A stretch of DNA of 64,000 nucleotides from an uncultured Armatimonadales bacterium (lineage in GTDB: Bacteria; Armatimonadota; Armatimonadia; Armatimonadales; Capsulimonadaceae), in contig CAXUKS010000011.1 in NCBI GenBank assembly GCA_964251675.1, positions 15,177 to 79,176 of the forward strand, given 5' to 3'. A program made the translations under genes and the position numbers. The notes below the pieces were generated by a model. The model worked only from the letters and a program-made list of their open reading frames with translations, was not told the DNA's origin and ran no database searches. Each line of letters opens with the position of its first letter. Within the stretch, counting starts at the first letter, position 1. Of this stretch, positions 42,203-49,797 are shown in pieces.

Positions 42203-42925
42203 TCACTGTTTCAGCCACAGCAGAAACTCGACATTGCCTTCGCTGCCCGCAATCGGGCTGTCCCGGCGGCCTTGCTCCGAGAGGCCCAACGCCTGCGCGG
42301 CGTCCACCACTCGTGCCAGGGCCGCCGCCCGCGCTTTGGGATCGCGCACAACGCCGTTTTTACCCAGATGCGCCGGGCCGACCTCGAACTGCGGCTTGAC
42401 CAGACAGACCAGGTCGCCGCCTTCGCCCAGCAGCGGCAGAAGCGCGGGCAAAATCAGTGTCAGCGAGATAAACGAGACATCCACGACGATGATTTGGAAG
42501 GGGTGGGGGAAGTCGATAGGGGCAAGAGTGCGGGCGTTGACTCCCTCGCGGGAAATGACACGCGGGTCGGCGGCCAGCGCCGGGACCATCTGCCCGTGGC
42601 CGACATCGACGGCATGAACGGAAGAAACGCCCCGCGCCAGCAGGACCTCGGTGAAGCCTCCCGTGGACGCGCCGACGTCCAGAGCACGGCGGCCCGTCAC
42701 GTTGATGCCGAATGACGCCAGTGCGGCGTCCAGCTTGAGCGCCCCGCGTGAGACCCAGCGCGGCCCGGCATCGGCGACGGCCAGCGCGGCATTCTCGGCC
42801 ACATCAAGGCTTGGCTTCACGGCAGCGATGCCAGCCACCGTGACCTCGCCCGCGTCAATCCGCGCCTGCGCCTCGCCCCGGCTGCGGCACAGGCCGCGCT
42901 CCACCAGCGCCTTATCCAGCCGCAC
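42203..42925 (-). CDS. tlyA: TlyA family rRNA (cytidine-2'-O)-methyltransferase
   Basis: S4 domain (RLDKALVERGL..SRGEAQ) and FtsJ-like SAM motif (ALDVGASTGGFTEVLL). Confidence 0.9.
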   Translation of the reverse strand: MRLDKALVERGLCRSRGEAQARIDAGEVTVAGIAAVKPSLDVAENAALAVADAGPRWVSRGALKLDAALASFGINVTGRRALDVGASTGGFTEVLLARGVSSVHAVDVGHGQMVPALAADPRVISREGVNARTLAPIDFPHPFQIIVVDVSFISLTLILPALLPLLGEGGDLVCLVKPQFEVGPAHLGKNGVVRDPKARAAALARVVDAAQALGLSEQGRRDSPIAGSEGNVEFLLWLKQ

Positions 42926-43586
42926 CGGCGGCCATCAGATCGGCAAGGTGCGCGGTGTCGTTCTGGAAAAGAAGCTGTGCGGGCTGCGTGGTGTCAGCGG
43001 GAATGCGGAGCCGTGTCAGAGCGCAGTTGTCCGACCACGGCGGCTTTTCCCAAGAATGTCCGGGGCCGGGGGCAGGCACGCGCAGGAACGCTTCGGTCAG
43101 CCGCCCGACAGTCTCTGCATGGGAAACCACCAGCAGCGTCTCGTCCGTGTCGGCATAGAGACTGAGCAGGGCGTCGCGGACACGCTCGGCGCGGGCATAC
43201 ATCCGCGCATCGTTTTCCAGAGGCGACGGCCACCAGGTCTTGCCGCAGGGAAATGTGCTGCCGAAAAAGGCAAAGGGGAACTGTGCGCGGATGTCCTCGG
43301 GAGACATACCGGGAAACGTCTTGTACCCCGGCCACTTTTCGTTAAAGTATTCGCAGACGTCAGCATACACTTCCGCTCGGAGTTCCGACGCGGTGCAAAA
43401 CGGAGCGACCGTTTCCAGCGCCCGCCGCAGGGGCGATGCGTACACTTTTGTAATGCCTTCGCCGATCAGCCGTCCGGCGGTCAGCCGGGCCTGCTCCCGG
43501 CCCAACAGTGTCAGCGGGCTATCCAGATGATCTGTGAGCTTGATGTTTGCTTCCGACTGCCCGTGCCGCAAAAGAAGAATATCCAT
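42912..43586 (-). CDS. histidine phosphatase (phosphoglycerate mutase) family protein
   Basis: LLLRHGQSEAN catalytic RHG motif and a downstream SH motif (VVSHAE). Confidence 0.85.
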   Translation of the reverse strand: MDILLLRHGQSEANIKLTDHLDSPLTLLGREQARLTAGRLIGEGITKVYASPLRRALETVAPFCTASELRAEVYADVCEYFNEKWPGYKTFPGMSPEDIRAQFPFAFFGSTFPCGKTWWPSPLENDARMYARAERVRDALLSLYADTDETLLVVSHAETVGRLTEAFLRVPAPGPGHSWEKPPWSDNCALTRLRIPADTTQPAQLLFQNDTAHLADLMAAGAAG

Positions 43587-43609
43587 AGGGCAGAAAGTAT
43601 ACCCGATTT

Positions 43610-44335
43610 TTAGCGCTGACTGACCACTTGCTCCAGACCAGAACGGTTGGCAATCACAATCCGGCGGCCCAGAAACTCAATCAGGCCCTGCCGCTTGAAG
43701 TCATTGAGAATCAGCGTCGTCGTCTCGCGGGTGCTGCCAATGACGTTCGCCAGCTCCTGATGCGTCAGTTTGCCGCGCAGTGTCTGCCCGCCCCGCGTGC
43801 CCCGCCCGCCCTGCGTGTCATGCAGCCGCAGCAGCAGCTTCGCCAGTCGTTTGGGGACTTCCAGAAACACGAGGTCTGCTACCTGATCTTCCGCCAGCAG
43901 CCGCCGCTGCGTCACCAGCCGCAGCAGCGCCTGCGTCGCGCCCAGTGAGTGTTCCAGTGCCGCCAGAATGTCGGCGCGACGGAACACCACCACCAGCGAG
44001 TCTTCCAGCGTTTCCGCCATCAGCTCATACGGAGAGTTGGCGTCCAGCAGGCCGGTTTCGCCGAACAGCGCCCCGTCTTCGAGCAGGTACAGGGTCAGCT
44101 CGCGCCCCTGCTCGGAGACGCGGGCGATCTTAACCCGTCCTGAGGCCAAAAGGAACAGAGAATCACCGGGCTGATCCGCAAAATGGATCACCTGTCGGCG
44201 TCGATACTGCCGCTGCTCCGCCAGGCGCTCCAGCCGGTTTAAGGTTTCCTCCGGGAGTGCAGCAAGGGTGGGAGCTTGCTGGAAGTAGGTTGTTAAAGAG
44301 TTCACTATGTTTTTAGGCAGCCTTTCCATGTGCAT
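43610..44335 (-). CDS. Crp/Fnr family transcriptional regulator
   Basis: cNMP-binding beta-roll (LFLLASGRVKIARVSEQGRELTL...FGE) and C-terminal HTH (THQELANVIGSTRETTTLILNDFKRQGLI). Confidence 0.9.
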   Translation of the reverse strand: MHMERLPKNIVNSLTTYFQQAPTLAALPEETLNRLERLAEQRQYRRRQVIHFADQPGDSLFLLASGRVKIARVSEQGRELTLYLLEDGALFGETGLLDANSPYELMAETLEDSLVVVFRRADILAALEHSLGATQALLRLVTQRRLLAEDQVADLVFLEVPKRLAKLLLRLHDTQGGRGTRGGQTLRGKLTHQELANVIGSTRETTTLILNDFKRQGLIEFLGRRIVIANRSGLEQVVSQR

Positions 44336-44537
44336 TCGGGCTTACAGTCTCCAGTATACAGTCATTATGGCCCGCTCGCTCCGGTGAAAGTGCCGGGTTT
44401 TTGAACGTACGATTACAAACTGGTATCTGTAACAGGCAAAACGGAAAGAAAGTCATTAAAAACGCTTTCGTTCCGCTTCTTCCTGTATCTTTATGCAGGA
44501 CGTATGCCAGAAAAGGCTGAATTTGGTAAAACAGGTG

Positions 44538-45005
44538 TTATGCCGGGGGCGGCATCGGGGGTGGGGCCGCTGTGTGTCGGGACAGGGGCGGGCCAAGCAC
44601 TTCCTGAAGGATCACTGCCCGCACCAGATCATCAACATTGCTAAACAGCGGCGCGGCCTGCGGGACACGGGGGACGGGGGGAGCGAGGAGCGGCACGCCC
44701 AGCCGGGAGACTTCTTCGGCCAGCAGGGCTTCTTCCTGGCTGACAAACGTTGCCGCGCTGGTTTTGTACTGCACCGGGGCTGGCATGGGTAGGGGAAGGG
44801 GCGGCTGCCGAAGCAGCGGCACGCTCTGCGGCAGCGTCTGGGATACCTGCGGTGTCGGCGGACCGGCCTCCTGAAGCGGGCCAGGAGGGAGGGGCAAGGC
44901 GTTCGTACCCCCCATCTGTGTGCCGAGCCAGCGCAGCCCCTTGATTACGTTTGAGATAAGCCAGATTAAAATGGCAAACGCAATGGCAATAACTTCAAAC
45001 GACAT
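44538..45005 (-). CDS. membrane-anchored proline-rich protein
   Basis: Start at ATG 45005, 8 nt after the upstream stop. One N-terminal TM, a P-rich linker and the conserved-looking tail LFSNVDDLVRAVILQEVLGPPLSR. Confidence 0.55.
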   Translation of the reverse strand: MSFEVIAIAFAILIWLISNVIKGLRWLGTQMGGTNALPLPPGPLQEAGPPTPQVSQTLPQSVPLLRQPPLPLPMPAPVQYKTSAATFVSQEEALLAEEVSRLGVPLLAPPVPRVPQAAPLFSNVDDLVRAVILQEVLGPPLSRHTAAPPPMPPPA

Positions 45006-45013
45006 TCGCTGTG

Positions 45014-45760
45014 TTACTCCTGTGCCGCACGGGCCAAAATCGCCTGTGCGTTCTTTAAATCCAGTCCTGTGAACGGTGTATTGTCCCGTGTCCACAAATT
45101 GAGCGGTGTCAGCGTCGCCTCCGGGGCAAGCCCCCGGACATGGCCGTCCATAAATAGACAGTTTACCCTACCCGGTGGCCGCTCAAAAATCCAGTGCTTC
45201 GGGAAATGCGCGTACAGCCGCCGCCCCGTACCGGGCAGAAACACGGGGCTGACCATGTTCCAGTCTGCCCCATTCCAGCCGCGCATATCGATAAGCCCTA
45301 TCGTCTGCGCGGGGTTGATAAAGTCCGCCATTGCTGTTGGCTTCTCGGTCGAGTCGGCGAACGCGCCTCTATTTTTGCCGTCCGGCCCTGGCCCCAGACA
45401 GTTAGCCCCGTAAGACTTGGGCAGGTTCTCAGGCAAGTAGCTGTCATTGCGCCTGTCGTCCGGGCACTGGTACACGCCCGTAGATTTCGTATACGGGTAG
45501 AGCGCCTCCCGCCAGCCCTGCCCCGTCGGCGAGACCGTTGGTGGCGGTTCATTGTTGTTGCCCTGCTCATATTGCAGCAGCGCCAGCCCTAGCTGCTTCA
45601 TGTTGCTCCCGCAGGCCGCTCGCATCGCGCCGCTTGCGTCCACCGGCCCCTGAAAGAAGGGAAACATAATGGCGGCGAGCAGAAACAGGCCGCCCAGCAT
45701 CAAAGCGGTGCGAAAGACACTGACAAGCGGGTCCGGCTGCTTTTTGTATGGATGCGGCAT
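45014..45760 (-). CDS. DUF1559-like (prepilin-type, H-X9-DG family) protein with degenerate signature motifs
   Basis: SNMKQLGLALLQYEQ and C-terminal NCLFMDGHV are family-typical. The G-FTLIE prepilin cleavage motif and the H of H-X9-DG are not conserved. Confidence 0.7.
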   Translation of the reverse strand: MPHPYKKQPDPLVSVFRTALMLGGLFLLAAIMFPFFQGPVDASGAMRAACGSNMKQLGLALLQYEQGNNNEPPPTVSPTGQGWREALYPYTKSTGVYQCPDDRRNDSYLPENLPKSYGANCLGPGPDGKNRGAFADSTEKPTAMADFINPAQTIGLIDMRGWNGADWNMVSPVFLPGTGRRLYAHFPKHWIFERPPGRVNCLFMDGHVRGLAPEATLTPLNLWTRDNTPFTGLDLKNAQAILARAAQE

Positions 45761-45792
45761 AATTCAAACTCCTTCTGGCTTTCCGGCTACAG

Positions 45793-45941
45793 AGCCACGG
45801 TTTGCAGAGCCACGGATTAAAATCCGTGGCTGAAGGGCGCAGACGCCGAACGTCCCTGCGGGACGGCAATGCCAGCAAAAATTAACTATCTTATCTTTTG
45901 TCCCGCAGGGACATTCAGCCGCAGGCTCCTCAGCCATGCAT
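45793..45941. repeat. miniature inverted-repeat element, family E (AGCCACGGATTAAAATCCGTGGCT hairpin; GTCCCTGCGGGAC hairpin)
   Basis: Left arm agccacggattaaaatccgtggctgaagggcgcagacgccgaacgtccctgcgggacgg. Inverted right arm tgtcccgcagggacattcagccgcaggctcctcagccatgcatttcaatgcgtggct. Confidence 0.75.
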
Positions 45942-46005
45942 TTCAATGCGTGGCTTCAATGCGTGGCTTCAATGCGTGGCTTCAATGCGTGGCTTCAATG
46001 CGTGG
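45942..46005. repeat. tandem repeat, 13-bp unit TTCAATGCGTGGC x ~4.9
   Basis: Perfect copies start at 45942, 45955, 45968, 45981 and 45994. The unit is the outer half of the family E terminal hairpin. Confidence 0.95.
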
Positions 46006-46142
46006 TTCTGCAACCAACAAGCAAAACCAATTTTAACACTTTCGCCCCTATCCTGCAACTTTTTTGCCGCCCGCGTGTCTTTTCTCTTGCACACACCGTC
46101 AGACACTCTACTCTTTATGCTGCTCTCTATGAGGACATCGCC

Positions 46143-47249
46143 TTGAACAAATCCCTTCTTCTGCTGGCTCTGGCTCCCTCGACTCTGCTGCCCCTTGCGG
46201 GGTGCAGCCACCACAACGCCCCTGTGATGATGGCCCCGCCCGCGCAGATGGTCTCTGCGCCCCAGTCCGGCGTGCAGGTTTACAGCTGGACCGAAGTGCC
46301 CGTGGGTCAGCAGGTCCCCATCAAGCGGGCCGTCTTTGACGGCGGCGGCTATCAGCTCTCTTCGCAGGAAGGCACGATTGTCGTCCCGTTTGCCAATCAG
46401 AATATGTACGTGATGAAGTTCGGGCAGTCCCCGAATGGCACGGAGTATTTCGTCAACAACGGCTCGGTTCCGACCCTGTACCTGCCGTCTAGCGGCTATC
46501 TGGACAACGCCGGGCAGAATGGGGCGCGGTGGTACCCGTTCCCGCAGAATTACAATTACAACGGCCCCGTCTACGTCGGCCTCGCCCCCTCATGGTCTGC
46601 CTATCAGGGCATGGGCTGGTACCCCGGCATGAGTTCCTACGGCGGCTATTACGGCTACAGCCCCCTGAGCATCATCGGGCCGATGGTCGGCCTGCATTTT
46701 CTGATTGGCGGCTCGCCCTACTACGGCTGGAACTCGTACCATTCGTACTACAACTCGCACCCCTACCAGCGTGTCGCCCCCCGCGTCGTCAGCCGGACAG
46801 TGTATAACCAGGCAGCCCGAACGTCTTTCAACCGTGGCACCTCGCTGGGCAGCGGGCGGCGCTTCGGCAGCGCGGGCACAGCCTCTAGCGGCAGGCCGGG
46901 TGGCGGCTTTGGCAGTCGTCCCTCCGGCGGCTCTTTCGGCAGCCGTACGCCGAGCGGATACAGAGGAACCAATCGGGCCACTTCCGGCTCCTTCGGGCGC
47001 AGCCCCTCCGGCTTTGGCGGCTCGTTCGGAGCGGGGCGGCCTTCTGTGTCCGCGCCTGCATCAAGCGCCCCCACCGGCTCCTTCGGCTCAGGTCGGCCCA
47101 CTTCCTCGGGCAACGGCTCGTTTGGCAGTGGTTCTTCCGCCCCCAGCAGCCGTCCTTCCTTCGGGGGCTTTGGCGGCGGCCATTCGTCCTTCGGCGGCCA
47201 TCCGTTTGGCGGGGGGCACTCGTCGTTTGGCGGCGGGCGGCGGCGGTAG
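46143..47249 (+). CDS. lipoprotein with aromatic/Gly-rich core and FG/RG/SG low-complexity C-terminal tail
   Basis: TTG start at 46143, 7 nt after gagga. Lipobox LLPLAGC. The tail from about 46830 repeats GSFGS/GGFG/RPSG motifs and ends GGGRRR. Confidence 0.65.
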   Translation: MNKSLLLLALAPSTLLPLAGCSHHNAPVMMAPPAQMVSAPQSGVQVYSWTEVPVGQQVPIKRAVFDGGGYQLSSQEGTIVVPFANQNMYVMKFGQSPNGTEYFVNNGSVPTLYLPSSGYLDNAGQNGARWYPFPQNYNYNGPVYVGLAPSWSAYQGMGWYPGMSSYGGYYGYSPLSIIGPMVGLHFLIGGSPYYGWNSYHSYYNSHPYQRVAPRVVSRTVYNQAARTSFNRGTSLGSGRRFGSAGTASSGRPGGGFGSRPSGGSFGSRTPSGYRGTNRATSGSFGRSPSGFGGSFGAGRPSVSAPASSAPTGSFGSGRPTSSGNGSFGSGSSAPSSRPSFGGFGGGHSSFGGHPFGGGHSSFGGGRRR

Positions 47250-47270
47250 GTCTCTTTCGGAGGAATAACT

Positions 47271-47720
47271 ATGAACGACATGACGTTTCAGACCGGCGGC
47301 GACTGGGCCACCACGACCCTCTACAACAACGGGTCGGAAGTCCCCGCCGCGCAGCTTTTGGTGCAGCTCGCCGCAGGCCGCGATGATTATGGCGACCCGA
47401 TGCGCGGCGGTGTCGAAAACGGCGCAGAACTGACCGCCTATGTCCGCCCGCAGGAAGCCCCCGAGGAGATTTGGGACATCCTGCCGGGGCGGCTCACACT
47501 GACTTTTCCCGGCCACTCTCTGGTGCTGGAAAACTACCACCCCCGCGTGGACTCCCTGCAAACCCGCGTCTGGTACAACGGGCAGGACGTCACCACGCTG
47601 ATTGTGGAAGTCTTTGTGGATGTCAACGCCCTCGAAGACAGCGTCACGGCGTTTGTCATCGTCTACAAGCCGCATTTTTTCGGCACCGATGAAGCCGTGA
47701 CCTATACGATCGTGGCGTAG
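47271..47720 (+). CDS. hypothetical protein
   Basis: 149 aa. GGAGGA SD 7 nt upstream and a 21-nt gap after the lipoprotein gene. No family recognised. Confidence 0.6.
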   Translation: MNDMTFQTGGDWATTTLYNNGSEVPAAQLLVQLAAGRDDYGDPMRGGVENGAELTAYVRPQEAPEEIWDILPGRLTLTFPGHSLVLENYHPRVDSLQTRVWYNGQDVTTLIVEVFVDVNALEDSVTAFVIVYKPHFFGTDEAVTYTIVA

Positions 47721-47738
47721 AGATAAGCCACATAGGAA

Positions 47739-47869
47739 CACGGGGCTGAACCCCCGTGCTTTGAAGTGCAATTCCCCGCCTTCGCGGGCATAAGAGCAGA
47801 CTGCTCTCAAATTCTTCGCCCGCGAAGGCGGGGGCTTGCCCTTTTAAAGCACGGGGGTTCAGCCCCGTG
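47739..47869. repeat. miniature inverted-repeat element, family A copy 4
   Basis: cacggggctgaacccccgtgctttgaagtgcaattccccgccttcgcgggc ... gcccgcgaaggcgggggcttgcccttttaaagcacgggggttcagccccgtg. Confidence 0.88.
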
Positions 47870-47901
47870 ACTTCCCGTATTTTTCCAGGAGAACCTAACC
47901 T

Positions 47902-48414
47902 ATGTTCGGCAACACCAACGGCGCCGCTGCGCCCGCCCCGTCCCGTCCCGCCGCCTCGGATGTCGCCCGCGTGGAAGGCACGCTCACACAGGTCCTCGTC
48001 AGCGGCGACGGCTCAGACGGCCTGCACATCTTTCTGAACGGCGTACCCGTCCCGACCGGCGACGTGGAAAGCCTGACCGTCGAAATCGTCGCTCCCGGCG
48101 ACAGCGGCTCGAACGGGACCGTCGCCGCTGTTCTGTCCCGCTACGAAACCGGCCCCAATGGCCGCACGCAGCGCGGCGTCTCGCTGCTACCGGGTACGAT
48201 AGAAGTCATCGCACGGGGCCGCCGCGTGGTCGTCACCGGCCTCTCCGAAGGCTCCTTCGATGGCCTCTGGCTCGGCCTCGGCCTCCGCGCCGATGGCACT
48301 TCCAATGAGCTGACCGGCGTGCAGTCGCTGCGCCTCGCCGCCGCACCGGGCCTTCTGGATGCCAAGCTGATCTGGAGCGAAGACGGCAGGACCGAAGACC
48401 TGTTGCCGCAGTAA
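47902..48414 (+). CDS. hypothetical protein
   Basis: 170 aa with an aggaga SD. Composition looks beta-rich. No family recognised. Confidence 0.6.
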   Translation: MFGNTNGAAAPAPSRPAASDVARVEGTLTQVLVSGDGSDGLHIFLNGVPVPTGDVESLTVEIVAPGDSGSNGTVAAVLSRYETGPNGRTQRGVSLLPGTIEVIARGRRVVVTGLSEGSFDGLWLGLGLRADGTSNELTGVQSLRLAAAPGLLDAKLIWSEDGRTEDLLPQ

Positions 48415-48444
48415 TTTCGCGGGTGGCATGCAAAAGGCGGTATA

Positions 48445-48747
48445 ATGGGTGTGACGAAAAAAATAAGTTTTTGGCTGCTTCTCCTGCTGACGGTTCTGCC
48501 TGGTCTCGCCGGGGTTGTCGTTTTTAGCTATTATGCTCTGGTGGATTGGTCAGCCCTTCAAAGCGCTTACGCCCATTTTGAGCAGGTGGCAAGCAAGTCA
48601 CCGGAGATGCGGACAGTGTTTGTGGCGGAAGCAGAACAAAACATTCACCGCCTGAATCTGTTCGCCGATGGGGTGTGGGCCTTGCTGTCCGCCATCTTGG
48701 GAGCCATTGGACTTCATGGCCTGCGTCCGCCATCCAATGCCCGTTGA
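48445..48747 (+). CDS. small membrane protein (2 TM)
   Basis: 100 aa with hydrophobic N- and C-terminal helices. The ATG overlaps a TATAAT hexamer, so the start is uncertain (GTG at 48451 is possible). Confidence 0.5.
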   Translation: MGVTKKISFWLLLLLTVLPGLAGVVVFSYYALVDWSALQSAYAHFEQVASKSPEMRTVFVAEAEQNIHRLNLFADGVWALLSAILGAIGLHGLRPPSNAR

Positions 48748-48790
48748 CAAAAGAACTTTGTCGTTACCGCCCTGTGAGGAGTAACCACGC

Positions 48791-49126
48791 ATGAACGCCC
48801 GTCAAAAGCTTGCCCTGTGGATCGGTATTGCAGTTCTTGGCCTCGTGTGTTTCTTCCCGCCTCAGATCGTTGTGCCGCCGCAGCCGGGGCTGATAGCAAC
48901 TCTGCAATTCCAGCTTGGCGACCCGCAGGCCCACGCCGAAGCTGGGCTATCGGGGCTGCCGTATACGCGGTACTCGTTTTTGTTCAGCCCGCCGCCGGGC
49001 AGCGTCGGCATTGACTGGCAACGATTTTTCCTGCCGTTTGCGTTCGTCCTCGCAGTCACGGCGGGAGCGGTGTGGACCTTGCAAACTAAACGTCTGAGTC
49101 CGCAGGCTCGGTTTCTTGACGAATGA
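48791..49126 (+). CDS. small membrane protein (2 TM)
   Basis: 111 aa with a gaggag SD upstream. Confidence 0.55.
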   Translation: MNARQKLALWIGIAVLGLVCFFPPQIVVPPQPGLIATLQFQLGDPQAHAEAGLSGLPYTRYSFLFSPPPGSVGIDWQRFFLPFAFVLAVTAGAVWTLQTKRLSPQARFLDE

Positions 49127-49210
49127 CGAATTTTGCGAAAACGAATTTGGCGGCAGAAGCCAGCCGTTCAAGCAAAGCACCGGAACGATTCACGCAGAAA
49201 GGATACCATC

Positions 49211-49435
49211 ATGTCAAACATTGCAGCGACGCAGCCTGTGCCGCACACAACCGCTGAGTATGAAGCCGAGTTTGAGCGGATCATGGCTGAGGCCGACAGC
49301 ATCAATGAACAAATGCGCCGAGACCGGGCTGACATTGAGCGTCTCAAGCAGGAAACGCAGGCTATCGCAAAAGACACGGTCAGACTGAAGAATGAAACTC
49401 GGGCCATGCTGGCAGGCATGGGAGTGAAACTTTAG
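49211..49435 (+). CDS. small coiled-coil protein
   Basis: 74 aa from ATG 49211 (aaagga SD). Charged, heptad-like sequence EYEAEFERIMAEADSINEQMRRDRADIERLKQETQAIAKDT. Confidence 0.5.
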   Translation: MSNIAATQPVPHTTAEYEAEFERIMAEADSINEQMRRDRADIERLKQETQAIAKDTVRLKNETRAMLAGMGVKL

Positions 49436-49438
49436 GCC

Positions 49439-49754
49439 ATGTGGAAACAAATTCTTGATCTAGGCAAGCAATATATCTCTTTGGCCCGCAGAACGCAGGA
49501 AAACGAAAAATGACATCAAAGAATTACGTCAGGGCCTCAAAGATGTACGTGAGGATTTGAACGATCTGCGTGAGGAGGTGCGAGGGTTGACGCGGGCTAT
49601 TGAGATTTCTCAGCAAGAATTGCGTTACGACCGGAGCTTGGCGGCTCGTGACCGCGACATGGCGGCGAAGGATCGTGAAAACCTGCTCCTGCGTCTGGAG
49701 CTATATCTGGAGCGGGCCGGGCGCAGCCTGCCGCCCGGTGACGGCGGGCCGTAG
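49439..49754 (+). pseudogene. coiled-coil protein gene split by a +1 frame change at AAA-TGA-C (frameshifted gene or programmed shift)
   Basis: The ATG 49439 ORF (MWKQILDLGKQYISLARRTQENEK) stops at TGA 49511. The +1 frame continues from 49512 as DIKELRQGLKDVREDLNDLREEV... to 49754. That frame has no ATG or GTG start, only the TTG at 49557. Confidence 0.4.
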
Positions 49755-49797
49755 GACAAGTGGGAACCTCCGGGCGGGGGAGAGCGTCTTTCAAGTT

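Noticed and set aside
45942-46005. Possible CRISPR array.
   Set aside because: The repeats are 13 bp and directly abutting with no spacers. There are no cas genes in the window.
45936-46142. ATG-initiated N-terminal extension of the lipoprotein ORF (MHFNAWLQCVASMRGFNAWLQC...).
   Set aside because: It simply translates the 13-bp tandem repeat and promoter-like DNA. A TTG start at 46143 with a gagga SD and an immediate lipobox signal peptide is far more plausible.
48441-48446. TATAAT hexamer overlapping the ATG at 48445, considered as a promoter giving a leaderless GTG-initiated mRNA.
   Set aside because: A single hexamer without a -35 box or TG extension is too speculative to list as a feature. 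It is noted only as a source of start-codon uncertainty.
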